From positions 3,906,001 to 3,970,000 of the forward strand of contig OZ076415.1 in assembly GCA_964187785.1 (NCBI GenBank): DNA of 64,000 nucleotides, given 5' to 3'. A model generated the notes under the pieces. The model was not told the DNA's origin and searched no databases. It saw nothing but the letters and a program-made list of their open reading frames with translations. Source of the stretch: Amphiscolops sp. MND2022 (lineage: Eukaryota). This document shows, in pieces, positions 26,901-39,456 of this stretch (its first letter is position 1; each line of letters starts with the position of its first letter). Made by a program: the position numbers and the translations under genes.

Positions 26901-28960
26901 CTTTTACAAAAGCCGAATTACAACTAAACCAATTAAAGTACAAACAACTTCCACCACAAATTGATTTTGCACTCTTACAAAACGGCACCCTTGAACCTGT
27001 ACATTACTTAATTTAACACGAAGAAATCTTACCTAATCAAAAACATGACTCTCATCCAATTCTTGCTGACTATGGTACAGACCAATTTTCCATTCGTATT
27101 AATGATAAAGGAAATGACATTGTTTGCAAACCTTTACATTCTTTCTCATTTAAATCTGTTACTCATTTTCAAACAAAATTCAAAACACCCATCAAAAAGA
27201 ACAACAAAACTGTTCATCAACAATCTCTCTTACTCAATGATACTGATATTAAAAGTGATGATGACGATCATATATATACTAGAATCCCAAAATATGACTC
27301 CTCTTTTTCAACTGACACAACCCTACAACAATAAAATTATTCTACTCTCAACAAATCACCATCTAACACTCCACAGGAAAGTACTTCTGCAATAAATGTA
27401 CAAACTAACTCTCCATCTCTCACACATTGTTCACAAATTATACCTTTCTATGATACGTCCTTTTTCAAATACAAAAATTACTTTAAAGGCTTCTTTCTGC
27501 ATGATGACTATTCACTAGACATAAAGACACTTCAACAACAACAATCTCAAGATCCGGTTCTTAGAACTGTTTATTCTTGGATAGTAAATAATGAAAAACG
27601 TGGATCTTTAACACCACTCATTACTGGCACTCCCTTTTTACATGCATATTACAAACGATTTTCACAACTTTTTAAAGATGATTCCACAAATCTTCTTAGC
27701 CTATATATTACAAGCCCTACTGTTATAAACCAATCTTCTACTCTAGATTTTGTACACGTTACAATTCGAATATGTGTTCCTTTTGGAATGTTCAAAACTG
27801 TCTTTAACAAACTTCATGAACAATCCCATACTGGTATCAAGATTACATATAATACATTCTCCCAATATTACTACATCCCATTTTTTGAAAAATGGCTTTC
27901 CGTTTTTATCCATGAATGTATTGAACGTCAATGTAATAAGCACTTCAATATGAAAATCCAAACTGCTCCTACACAATCGTTTTCCGAACATGCTCCGCCT
28001 TTTAACTACCGCAATTCTTTGGACACTAAAGGACCTATCAACCCTCACTCACACGAATAACTTACATACATGTCATAATTGACGCTTTTAGTCATTTTGT
28101 TGTTACAGTACCCATCAAATCAAATAACGCTAAAACTGAAATCAAAACCCTTTTACACCATTGGATCATTAAATTTGGACCACCCTTTTACCTTGTCACT
28201 GATCGTGGATCAGAATACGTCAACAAAGAAATGGCACACCTTTGTACACTTATGGGAATTCGTCATTCCCCTAGAACAGCTTATTCTCCTTGGACAAATG
28301 GCCTTGTCGAAGTACAAAATAGAAACCTTGGTACACACCTACGAATGTTCCTTCATGACACCCCTAAAGTTTGGGCATTCCAAGTCCATATGTATGCTCA
28401 TGTACATAATTCTCAATCACTTTCAGAACTCAATATTTCTCCTCATGAAATTGTTTTTCACACAAGACCCAGAATACCCCTTAAATCTAACTCGAGATAC
28501 TTCTAAAGCATGTATTTCACGATATTCTTCTCAACTTCCAGAACATTCTCATTATGACAAAAACAGATCTCAACACGTTTTTCTACAGAACACTCTCAAA
28601 ACCCATTCCACAATGGTTTCTCGCTGTAGAAACTGCAAAGTTACAAATATACTCCACCGTATATGAAAATACCTTAAGAAAAATTAACTGACACACCTAC
28701 AATACCAAAACCTATCATGAAGGTAAACCACTCCCCATTGGCACTTTTATTCTAATACGTAACTTCACTCACGTTCACTTTTCTGACAAACTAAAACCCC
28801 TTCGGATCGGACCGTACAAAATCATTGATAGACTATCAGATGTAACATATGAACTCCTTTCACAAGATGGTTCTACAGTACATGTTCACCGTAATCATTT
28901 ATTTCCGTATTATCCAAAAGAACCACTCTTATACCCACATTTGCGTAGTTTCATGCGCTT
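23949..28960 (+). pseudogene. pol: pol (copy C): aspartic protease, linker, RT, RNase H, integrase
   Basis: FLLDNGAS (PR, about 24120); AIDLMYAYAHTPL and YIDNILL (RT, 26103); RELLGIV and FTDQKPL (RH); HEQSHTG, LDTKGP, VTDRGSEY, NGLVEVQN and RIGPYKI (INT). The order PR-RT-RH-INT with one CCHC fits Ty3/Gypsy. Confidence 0.92.
24535..25239 (+). repeat. About 353-bp tandem duplication in the PR-RT linker
   Basis: AAAACTC(A/G)AATACGTTTAAAACCCAAATCTTC starts at 24535 and again at 24888. Both units end in CATACATACCATCCTGAAA. Confidence 0.9.
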
Positions 28961-29699
28961 TTAAGAGACAACCCAGTTTCAAATTCCACAACAAATCAAA
29001 TATGCAAACAGTGATTCTTCTCCTTTCAAATCAGACGAATCCTTATCAGATGCAGATTCTTCTCAAACAACTATGACACCATCCACCCCATTGACACCAT
29101 CGACTACATCCAATCAAAATTCACCTCAAACAAAATCAACACCGTTTATAACATCCAATCACAATCATTCCACTCCTCCCACCAATGACAACTCATTATA
29201 CAAGAACATATTTAACACTCTTCACACTAGTGTCTCTAGTGACAGATCAAGACATCTTTCTCAAACCAAACAGATTCACTTCCTCCTCTATTTGACAGAA
29301 CTATGAAAACTACTTACAAATTACGACACCAACCCAAATTAGATTATAGACTTTACCACCTTCAAACCTTTAGCCTTCATCATTCAACCCACTGGCTCAT
29401 TGTAAACTATACCATTTCCAATTCTATTTCATTAAACCAAATATTCAAATTCATTTTGGTGCAAAACAATTCTTATCGTTGAAATCCAATTTCATTCATG
29501 TGAGATTTTTTTTTCATTCTTTTGGAAAACATTTTCATATCAACGAACTTCCGTTTCATTTGAGTGAAAAACAATTTCATTTTTATGCAACACGTTTTCA
29601 TTCAAACGAATTTCATTTTCAATCACAGTTTTAAATTTTAACTTTAGCTTAAATTCTCCCTCAGTGAATCGGAAAATGCCAAATTTATTACGAAAGTAC

Positions 29700-29950
29700 A
29701 CTTGCAATTGTAACAAGCCGGCACCGGGCCAAGTCGGTGCCAAATCTAAGGCTCAAAATTAGCAAAAGGACTTCAAAGAGTCAAGTACCTGAAAGACCCA
29801 AGTTCGACAGATTCGGATTTTTTAACATCCATTCAGTTGCAAAATATTTAAAAAATATAAAAAAACTTTGAAGATATTAAAAATATTTCAATAAAAAACC
29901 TCACAATGCCGAAAAAAATGAAAGGGGGACCGTTTTTAATTTTTTTTAAC
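29700..29950. repeat. Probable fragment of an unrelated interspersed repeat nested in the transposon
   Basis: Distinct composition with internal repeats (TTTTTAACATCC twice, GGGGGACC). Unrelated to the TIRs or the transposase. Confidence 0.4.
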
Positions 29951-29951
29951 A

Positions 29952-30060
29952 TCCGAACTTTGAAGCGTTATATCCGAGCTTTGAAAACGTTATATCCGAA
30001 CTTTAAAAACGTTTTATTCGAACTTTGAGAACGTTACAACCGAACTTTAAAAATATTACA
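29952..30060. repeat. Minisatellite, 5 units of 21-22 bp (TCCGAACTTTGAAAACGTTATA-like)
   Basis: Units start at 29952, 29973, 29995, 30017 and 30039. Confidence 0.9.
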
Positions 30061-30309
30061 TCATAATTGAAATGTTAATAACAGAATCTATGTTAACCTC
30101 TCAGCTAAGAAGTTGAACAACTGAACAACAAAAGTAGATCGATCGCAAAAAGAACAAAGAAGGAAAAATCAATCTATAATTAGCAATGGGTAGTCCTTGT
30201 GTGTAATCTGTAATTATTCGAAGAGTTAATTTTCAACCAGTTTCCTGCACTTTGATTTTGACAATTTGTTTTCGACGAAAAACCATGTTTAGTTTTTGCT
30301 ATTTCAAAA

Positions 30310-31393
30310 ATGCCAAGAGGAGTTTACGAGAGAACATCAACTTAACGAGGAGAGTAAGCCCGGTTTTCTCAGACCGATAAAGATGCTATTATCAAGGCTT
30401 TCAACGACGAAAAAGTTTGGAAAAGCGTAGCAGAAGCAATGTCAATTAAAGAGGCAACTGCTATCACTTGGATTAGAAATGGGGGAATCACTAAACCAAA
30501 AGGTGGTGCAATCGTTGTGAAAAAAAGAAGAGCGAATTGTTCGGGATTTGGTTGAATGGCTCGAAAATGGCCCCCAATTGACACCAAAGCAATTGCAAGA
30601 GAGAATCCCGGAAGATTATTTTCCGAATATCTGTGTAAACACTCTCAAAAATTGGCTAAATGGAGACCTTATTTCTCTCAAAATTGTGCGGTGTCATCCA
30701 GGAACAAAGAATGGAAACAACAATAAGCGCTTGCGATCGATTTATGTAGAAAATATAATGAGAGATTGGGTAAATGGAAGCAATCTGGTCTGGGTAGATG
30801 AAAGTAACTTCAACTTATATTGCCGTCGAAAAGAACGCAGATCGAAGATTGGATGTAGAGCAACCGTGATACAAACAGCGTCGGAAGGTGCCAATTTGCA
30901 TGGTATTGTTGCTATGACATCATCAAGATTGGTGAAATTTGATTGCATAAGAGGTTCGTTCACTGATGAACTTTGCAAAGCATGGATGAGGGAGTTGAAT
31001 AACATATGCACAGAAGAGCGTATCGAGAAGCCAACAATCATCATTCATAATGCCCCATCTCACTCGAATGTGGAAACCATTCTTGGTCCAAACGAAGATG
31101 TAAAGATAACACGTCTCGCACCTTTTTCGTATCTTATCAATCCAATCGAGCTACTTTGGAGTAGCTTCAAAGCTTCAGTGAAAATGATATTACGTGATCA
31201 GATGCCCAGCATTATTCAATTCAATCGTAGCAACGGTAATATGACAATTGGTGAAAATCGTATGCAGAAATTAGAAGCAGCTGCAAAACAAGCTATTCAA
31301 CAAAGTCTGCCGTGTCATTTTGCATCATATACTGCTCGTGTTGAACGATATTATCCTGGTGTCGTGAGTGAAGAAAACCTGAAAGAAGAATAA
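30310..31393 (+). pseudogene. IS630/Tc1-like DDE transposase
   Basis: HTH-like N-terminus from ATG 30310 with stops and a poly-A frameshift near 30520. Motifs WVDESNF, IIIHNAPSH (second Asp replaced by His) and LAPFSYLINPIELLW; 33 residues lie between that His and the Glu. Confidence 0.88.
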
Positions 31394-31523
31394 TTAATTG
31401 GTTTCAAGGTATAATTGTTGCTTTTGTTTTTTGTTTACGTGTTCACTTTTTCGTCCCAGGATATGAAATAATTTGACAGTGCTGAATGTCTCAAACCAGA
31501 TAGCGAATGAGAACGAATTCAGA

Positions 31524-31707
31524 ACAATGAAATTGATTTGCATTCATATGAAAATGTTTTGCGTAACAATGAAATCGATTTGTATTCATATGAAAATGTT
31601 TTGCGTAACAATGAAATCGATTTGCATTCATATGAAAATGTTTTGATTTAATATGAAATCGCTTTGCATTCATTTGAAAATGTCTTTGCATTATAATGAA
31701 ATTGATC
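31524..31707. repeat. Subterminal 42-bp tandem repeat (about 4.5 units)
   Basis: ACAATGAAATCGATTTGCATTCATATGAAAATGTTTTGCGTA at 31524, 31566, 31608 and about 31650. Degenerate inverted versions occur at about 29420-29620. Confidence 0.92.
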
Positions 31708-31789
31708 TGGAAATGGTATAGTACCCAAAGCTGAATACAAGATAGTCACTTCACTAACAAGTTATCACAACGATAACCTGTTGAAACAC

Positions 31790-32990
31790 TATTTCAAGAA
31801 TCCTGGATTCTTCTTCTGATACATCTCTCTCAGCTCCAAGTATTAATTCTAATAATGAATCTCCAACAACTAACATTACTCACACTCGTAATGTAACCCC
31901 TGTCACTCCGTCTAAACGACCAAGATCATACGTTTCTGAATCATCTTCCTCATCTATCCTTCAAAGACCACCTATAACTGAAATTCCTATTACTACTCGT
32001 ACTCAACCATCTCCCATTAATACACCTTTAGTACACATACCAAATCCTGAAACTGTTGAACAATACGTAAATTACAAACACCCTACAGCCATCAAAACTG
32101 TTAGATTTCAACCTCAGCTCAATCTTGTACACATTCCTGATACTGAATATACACAATCACCTCCACTGAAGCTACCATCAGAAATCAGTACTACCTCTTG
32201 TAAAACATATCCCCCAATCAAACCCCTTAGAAAACCTTCTACATCACTGTCAAATCTTTAGACAATACCTCTGAATATACACCATCACAAGAAACCACAA
32301 GTTCACTATTCCTTCCACATCATCGATACAATCTTCGAGACCTCCCTTCACGCAGACTTAGTACAGACACTTCAACACTTAATTTATCCGCTCTTTCCAG
32401 CCATTCTGCATAGAGACTTGTACGACAACACGCACAACCGTTGTCTTCTGAAACACACTCTTCAGAACTTATCTCTTCCCCTCATTTCACTTCTGGTTTT
32501 GAAACCGCTTCATTACTCTCCTCCGATGCTCAGACTGCATTTCTTTCTGGAAACTTTTTCTCAGAAGTTATAATACCTACTCTTGTTCCTGCACATATTA
32601 GACTACCTGACTATTATACTGCAGATCATTCCAGACCTCCAACTCATAATTTTGCTGACTACCCACTTCGAGTTGATGGAATAACTATCTATGATCCACA
32701 AAACGACCCTCGATATCCAATTCGTGCAGAACGCTTCATTGCTAACGACGATCTCTTATCTCAGAAAAGAAAAGAAACAGAACTAAAACGTCTTCAGACG
32801 CCTAACCTAGAACTTAAATTTGAAGTCAAAGTCAAGTTTCAGGGTTAAAATCCACACCCGATCGTTCACGTCTCAAAAATAGAAAACAAAACTTCTCCTG
32901 CTCCTTTTGAAGTAATACATATTAAATTTGAACGAGATCTTACTCAACCTTCTATCACATATGGCAAAATCATCACTTCTTCCTTTTAGA
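31790..32990 (+). pseudogene. Accessory ORF-X2 upstream of env (S/P/T-rich N-half, conserved C-terminal domain)
   Basis: SDAQTAFLSGNFFSEV...ERFIANDDLLSQKRKETELKRLQTPNLELKFEVKVKFQG matches SDVQTAFLSGHFFSEV...ERFINNNDILSDKRKEPEFKRLQNTNFELKFAVKIEFQG (46574..46957, minus). Confidence 0.75.
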
Positions 32991-35269
32991 CTTTATACAA
33001 TACTATATATAACAATTTGATACTCCATTCACACTTATTGACCTTTACCTTTTCAATACCTATAACACCATCTGATACACAAAATTATCTCCCATCTGAC
33101 GATCCAAAGATTACAAATCTTATGGTCTCTCACTATGAATGTGCAAAACAACATAACTTGAGACAATTCGATTTATTCAATGTGAAACAATGCACTGAAG
33201 CCCCCTCCGACATTACACATGCAAGTGTTAAAGCCCGAGTTTATGTTAGAGCAAAAGCTAAACGCATCAAAGCTTTTAAATGCGTCGCTTATGCCAAAAA
33301 AGAAAGAAAAATTTGTTTCCAAGGTTCAGTTAAATATCGTCGTGTCAATAGAACCGTATGGAACCACAATACATTACCACATCCTGTTACGCTCGATCCT
33401 TCAGAATGTAAAAACATTATTCGACATCTTAATGGTACAAACAACAAAATATTGAACAATCAGCACTACAATAAATTTTTCACACTCTTAGAAGACCATT
33501 ACTTCCAAGAACGCTTAAAACAATATGAGACTCCTTTCACTGTATACCAATTGAACAAAATGTGCACAGGTATCTTCACCGTTATGCCCGCAGATAAAAA
33601 CTGGATATATGACCCAACTAAAAACCCTTATCATAATTGTCCTGCCCATCATCAATTCGAAGTCAACTTAGTTAGTTGGCGATTTGAAAGTTCTGAAGTA
33701 GAACTTACTTATGACGATGCAGCAAATGTTATGATAATAGATGGACATACATTACCCTGCTATTTGCAGATGGCTTCTGCAAACCAACCACAAAAACTAG
33801 TTTTACTCTTGTTTGGTTTAGTGATGATTTTTGTTTAGTTTTTACAATACAAGATTTCCTCGGACGTATGACCAAAATTGAAGATAGATATTGGATTGAA
33901 ACTGATTCCTTTGTACACTCTCCACATTCAATAAAACCCAAAACAACATTTGGTTTTAAAGGTACAGCACACCCATATGTTCACGCGCCTCATACACAAC
34001 ATCCTAACAACCCTAGTCTCTCACGTTTTGAAGTATATCCTCAAACAATCAGTAGTAAACCAGATCCCCTTTATTCTACACAATATTCAGATCTTTATGT
34101 TACGTACACTGATGGCTTTAATATGCATACAGGACAACCGAATCCTCACTCCATGATTGATGAATATTTTTCTGGCAAAATAATATCAGACATTTCAAAT
34201 AACAAATTTGTATTTCCTGCATTAAACGTTTCAAACAACTTCGCTACAATTGACTATGATGCACACATAAATACCAAAATTGATTATACTATAAATCATG
34301 TTTTTCGTTCTATGACTGTACAACAACCTAATACTCTTCATACAATATGGGAATTAGCAAGAAATCAACTTCTGACAATACTCGCAATGTCAGTGCGAAA
34401 CCCTCAACTTGCTGGCTTCCTTGTAACAGGAAACCGTAATAACTTTTTATACGTCGAAGGCTCTACTGCTTGGCTCTATGATTGTCCTCATTTTCTTTCT
34501 CTTTTATACAAAGCTGATTGATGCTTTGATCGTATACCTATACACTTTAAAGATACTCTTATGAACGTCGACCCCATTACAAGACAAACTTATGACTATG
34601 CTACCCCAATTACATGTGGTACTAATACAAGAAATTTTATTGAACTAGATCCTGATTCTGATGATCAAGATTTTAACATTCTCGCACCTGAACCTATAAA
34701 ACGCAAACCTCCACTAATGTTTACACCTTCTCAAATTAAAACTACAATACGCCCTAACACTTTTACAGCCCAAGATGCTGGTATATTTTCTAATGCTGAA
34801 CTTGATCATTTTTGGAACAGTTTTATTTTCCAATCATTCTGACTCTACACTTCAATTACTCGGTAAAGCTCTTAGTTATTCTTTCATTTCATCTAATACT
34901 CCTGATTATGATGCAAATTCACCTCATGATAATCCATATAATATATTACGTATTGGACTCCATGATAAACTGATTAACTTAACTCCTCTTTTTACACCTA
35001 CATGGTTTTGCGATGCTTTTATTGCACTTTTTGGATACCCTTGTTATATTCTTACTCAATGTGGAATATATTTTTCTACATTTCTTTTTATACAAGCAAC
35101 TATCACACTCATCATCAAACTTTACAAAACAATTTCAATTAAATATAATCTTGAACACAATATTACTTTGCTCAGTTCTATAGCACATGGGTTTCTCAAC
35201 ATTCTTACTGCAGAAATGGTCAATGACCTGAATGAAACTCAGAACGAAACTCATGCAATTCATGCATAA
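32960..35269 (+). pseudogene. env: Envelope glycoprotein, class III (chuvirus G / herpes gB-like); best preserved copy
   Basis: ORFs 33017, 33868, 34561 and 34775 join into one ectodomain with conserved Cys. It has ELARNQLLTILAMSVRNPQLAGFLVTG, VDPITRQT, AGIFSNAELD, a C-terminal TM (YILTQCGIYFSTFLFIQATITLII) and a tail. Confidence 0.85.
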
Positions 35270-35337
35270 CACATATGAAACAAACCCAGGCATATAACAT
35301 CTGAAACACAAAACTTTAACATCTGAAACAAAAATCT

Positions 35338-35825
35338 TTAGAACTCCTCAAACCCAAAGTGGGCATATGTAAATTTTTTTAATTCCCGGTTGATTGTGAT
35401 CCCATGCTGCATGTCCTCAAAGATTCTATAATCTTGAAATAGACCTGAACTCTTAACCCAAGTAATTAAAGAATGTAATTCTATTTGAAAGCTAATTACC
35501 TCTGAAGAAACTTCACTTAATACTTCCTGTGACAAGCTTCTCAGATTAATCCTGTTACTGTCATTTCCTATTAATGTAAATGATTATAATCCACCCTGGT
35601 TTGATAGAGTATATCTACTCGGAGAAAATTAGAATCTAGTCTGGAAAACGTTCTTCCTCTTCAGAAGAACTAACTGAGATCTCAGCGAGATTAGACTTAG
35701 AACTAGCTAGCTGAACTGACTTAAAATAAAGACGACTTTGCTGTTAAATCTGAGACTTCTTAAGTCTGTAATAAAAAATCCAAAAGAAACAACACTAAAC
35801 AGTTTTAACAGCTCAGTATGGTAAT
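35338..35825 (-). pseudogene. Leader fragment with candidate antisense ORF (...FEDMQHGITINREL...)
   Basis: Homologous to 15200-15660 and 5950-6100. One collinear minus-strand frame over about 160 codons with 3 internal stops. Confidence 0.45.
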
Positions 35826-36299
35826 GGAGAAGGAACAACAAATCATTTTACGTACTGATTTCTAACGAATCCTTGGATTAGAATTGAAAACAAAGCGAAA
35901 AGGAGCTTTCAAAGATGTTATACAACTTGTGTACAACGAAGAATTGTTTGATTCATTCAAAAATAAAGATCAAGCTTTTGCTTGGTAATTGACCTTTACA
36001 GACCAATACTTGCGTGACAAAAATGGAACAGAAATAAAAGCATCAGTTGGCAAATACTACGTATCAGACGTAGACTACTCAACGAGAGAAGACATAATAC
36101 AGTCTTTGAGAAAAGTTCAGTACCAATATATTGTTGACTTTAAACATAAAAATAAGCTAGCTGTCTAGTGTATTGAAACAAACTGACGTGAAAAATAAAT
36201 TCATATCTTTTGAATAATTAACTGAGTGAAAGTTTGTGTCCTTGTTTGCAAACAGACAACTTCGAGCAACACTGAAAACGACGATTAAAACAAATAAAT

Positions 36300-36744
36300 A
36301 GTTTCAATATTTCAAATCAAAATATAAAAGATATTATTTGTTTTTCATCATGAAGCTAAAAAGTATAAACACAAACCTGAAATATATAAACTTCTAAATT
36401 GGGTAAAACAATCTGTTGATGGTGATTCAGTACTAGCTGTTTTCACGGGTATTATCATTCTGACTGTCACCGGATTTAGATTTGCTGTTGACCCCGTGGC
36501 TAGTGGTATTGGTGCAGGTTCATGGATATTCTGTTAACTTATTGGTGAATATCTGAAAAGAAAAGATCAACACAATCCTAAGAAATATACACTTGCTGGT
36601 ACAACTCTACAACACTTTTCCAAACTACATTCAATTTGTTACGAAGACAAAACCATTGACCAGAATGAAAACAGCCCACTAAAACAAACTTATGATACAT
36701 ACAAAAACAAAAAAACTAATAAAAATTCTAAGTTTACTTTTTAG
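36300..36744 (+). pseudogene. Polinton coiled-coil/TM protein (possibly the GasderminX type of adintoviruses)
   Basis: KYKHKPEIYKLLNW...SVLAVFTGIIILTVTGFRFAVDPVASGIGAGSWIFC*LIGEYLKRK...KKYTLAGTTLQHFSKLHS. One in-frame stop at 36535. Family assignment is from recalled pattern only. Confidence 0.5.
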
Positions 36745-36813
36745 GATAAAGTTGTTCAGTAAAAACAGTATAAGTATAGATTTTAAACACTAATATTTTT
36801 TTTCCGTTTTTCT

Positions 36814-38030
36814 TTGAAAAAAAAATATGCATTTGATAATCCTATTCAGAAAAGTGATTTTATTGAATTCTCGCCTAGAAGCTTAGCTAAAGTGAATAAT
36901 TTTAGCTCCAATGTTTTATTCAATTTCCCTAGAAAAGATGACTGTATTTGTGTACAAAACTCCTACATTGGTATAGAATTCGAAGTTCGTAAACAGGACA
37001 ATACACTCTACGTAGACAACGACCAATTAGGCTTGGCCATTGTTGGACCTATTGCTTTGTTTAGAGACGCGAAACTGGTTACAAGTTCTGGGAAACATCT
37101 TTAGAACGTTCACAATCTGCATCCGGTTTGTTTAAAGTATTAATTGAAAACTATCACACAACAAACAAGCCACTTGATGTATGGATTTGAAACATGAGAC
37201 GCCACCATGCGTTTAGAACTAACAAACCACAAAACATCTAGAGAAACTTTTTTGTGAGACTAAAACTAACTGATGTATTTCGAAATGCTGATCAAGAAAA
37301 AAATACTTGAGGGTTTGGCTACACCTTAAAACTAAAACGTAATACAAAGAATGACCCCAAAATTAGGGATAATGTGATTGCTGTAGCACAAAAGAGCAAA
37401 AAAAAAGAAATTGGTTGGTATATTCCACACTACATTCCATCAATAGAAAACCAGCACCTCGTCATGGAACAAATATTAGACAAATCACCAACCGAGTTGT
37501 ATTACCTCGAGCGAAATGTCTTTAGAAAAGATGTTGATAATAATAATAATAATTGGAAAATTGAATGAGGTAACAGTGGTGACCCAACACCAGTATACAT
37601 GTTAGTTGGATTTCAACCTAGAAGCAAAATTGATTCACAATAACATAACCATTCCATATTTGATCAACTTCAAGTTAGTAATGCTGTTAGTAAAATATCA
37701 TCAGCAAAAAGTATCCCGATGATTGAATAAAATGTGATTACAATCGATCGGGACAACTACCACCAAACATACCATGAAATCGGAAACTTTTCTATACTTC
37801 ATTCCCAAACTAACCCACCTATCCGTTCGTAAAGTTGCATAATTACGAACAGAATATACCTTCTATGTGTTCGACCTGAGGAAACAAAAACCAGCCATAG
37901 CATCTCAACCTATTAATTCAGAATTTAAAATTAGTGCTGCTTTTGCTGCCACAGATTATTTAGCTTATGACCTTGTACCGACATATAAGTTTATAAGTAT
38001 TAGTAGTGATGCGCAAAGACATTTTGATCT
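36814..38030 (+). pseudogene. Polinton double-jelly-roll major capsid-like protein
   Basis: FDNPIQKSDFIEFSP...VQNSYIGIEFEV...GPIALFRDAKLVTSSGKHL, WYIPHYIPS, YLERNVFRKDV and VGFQ. About 1.2 kb, disrupted. Confidence 0.65.
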
Positions 38031-38059
38031 TTTATAAGTATATTGTATGTGCCGGATCA

Positions 38060-39390
38060 ATTATCAACTTCACACAGTTAAGGTTTGTTTTAAATTCCAC
38101 ACATTTGAATAACTTTTTCGTCTGTTTTCTCATCACAAAATTCTTTTTGATACAAAATCACAAATTTTAAACAATACATACATCCAAAATCGCCTTCTTG
38201 TTTGTGTTCACCCCATGGGAGACGTTTGATACTATTAAGGTACATACGCTTGTCGTCAAAGTGATTCAAAGACAGTTTGTTTTGTTTCTCCACCCTATGT
38301 TTGTGTAACTTCGACAGTAATGACTAGTTTGTGGAATGTGTTGTTTCAGAATCAAAACAACACTGTTTGTATTCTTCGTAGTGTGGTGCATGATGTACTC
38401 TTCTTTGTTTTGCTTTTTGTATAATACCATTTGTACACGAATACGACTTTGCTCGCAAGGCTATAAAACTATCCAACATCGAAACTGGACTTGTTTCTGT
38501 TCTCATTTTGTCAAAATCTTTCTTGTTGGTAGTTCCTTACATTACGTGTTTTGGATCTAATTCACGGAGATCAAATTCATCTACTATTATACGTCTTTTC
38601 GTATTTATACACATTTAAATTTTCATGAAAGGTCGACACTGTGTTTAAAACTTTACTTAGATTGTCTGTAAATTACTTTTAGTATTTGATTATAATTAAA
38701 GAATTCAAAGTTTACACGGTCTCGTATCATTTCCATAGTCTTGTCAATTCAATCCAGTTCATTGCCAGTTCAATTATTTAATTTTTTTTCAATATTTGTT
38801 TTTGCTTTAGTTCTAAGTTGGGTGTTATGATTCACATATTCCGCCAACCATGGTGATTGTTTGAATTTATAAACCAACCAAATGCGAGTCTTTTTCATTT
38901 CTTGGTTAGGATAAAACTTCAAATTCGTATAATGCGCCATATACTTTGTTTTGTCTGTTGGGTCACATAATAGGTTGGTGGTTGGCTCAAAAGTTGTAAC
39001 TACACAATTCATATACTCCGAAAACAAATCGTTGCAGGTTTGTTTTTAGTAAGGACATACAGAAAAATCTTCCGTAACTTGTTTGATTTCGTCTTGGCAT
39101 TCCAAATTACATTCTATAAAATACCCATATTCACTACTATCGTCACTATGTTATCATCGGAGAAAGATAATATTTCAAAATATCCTATTGCCAAATACTG
39201 GCTCATGGCCCAACCATTTATTTTGTTAGCATCTATGTAAAGAATATGTTTACCAACACAGTTATATATATACATTTTCTGACTATCGTCTCTTGCATTT
39301 TCTTTCAAGCCTTTTTTGTTGATCATTTTTTCCCATACCATATACATTTCAGTACAGAGAATACATTTGCTTCATTCTTTCAAAACTATC
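38060..39390 (-). pseudogene. polB: Protein-primed DNA polymerase B, C-terminal fragment (lineage 2)
   Basis: LYIDANKINGWAMSQYL, HYTNLKFY, FKQSPWLA, FIALRAKSYS and LNHFDDKRMYL. Confidence 0.85.
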
Positions 39391-39456
39391 TTAACCCTTA
39401 AACACCCGATGTTTTAGTACACTGTATATAAAACATATATATTCACTTTACACAAA

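Larger units (their letters stand above)
29410..31718 (+). mobile_element. IS630/Tc1/mariner-superfamily DNA transposon inserted into copy C
   Basis: TIRs TACCATTTCCA (29410) and TGGAAATGGTA (31708-31718), imperfect to about 25 bp. TA TSD at 29408-09 and 31719-20; reconstructed target C-TA-G. Confidence 0.9.
35830..39390. mobile_element. Old Polinton/Maverick remnant (lineage 2)
   Basis: Convergent capsid-like and pPolB pseudogenes plus a TM/coiled-coil gene. No termini visible. Confidence 0.8.

Noticed and set aside
29700-29950. Using this repeat to name the host (it recalls abundant repeats of acoel worm genomes)
   Set aside because: Recollection only; it needs a BLASTn search.
31524-31707. 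42-bp repeats as a CRISPR array
   Set aside because: Units are contiguous with no unique spacers, no cas genes are present, and the repeats belong to the transposon end. ORF 31491..31691 is only a translation of the repeat.
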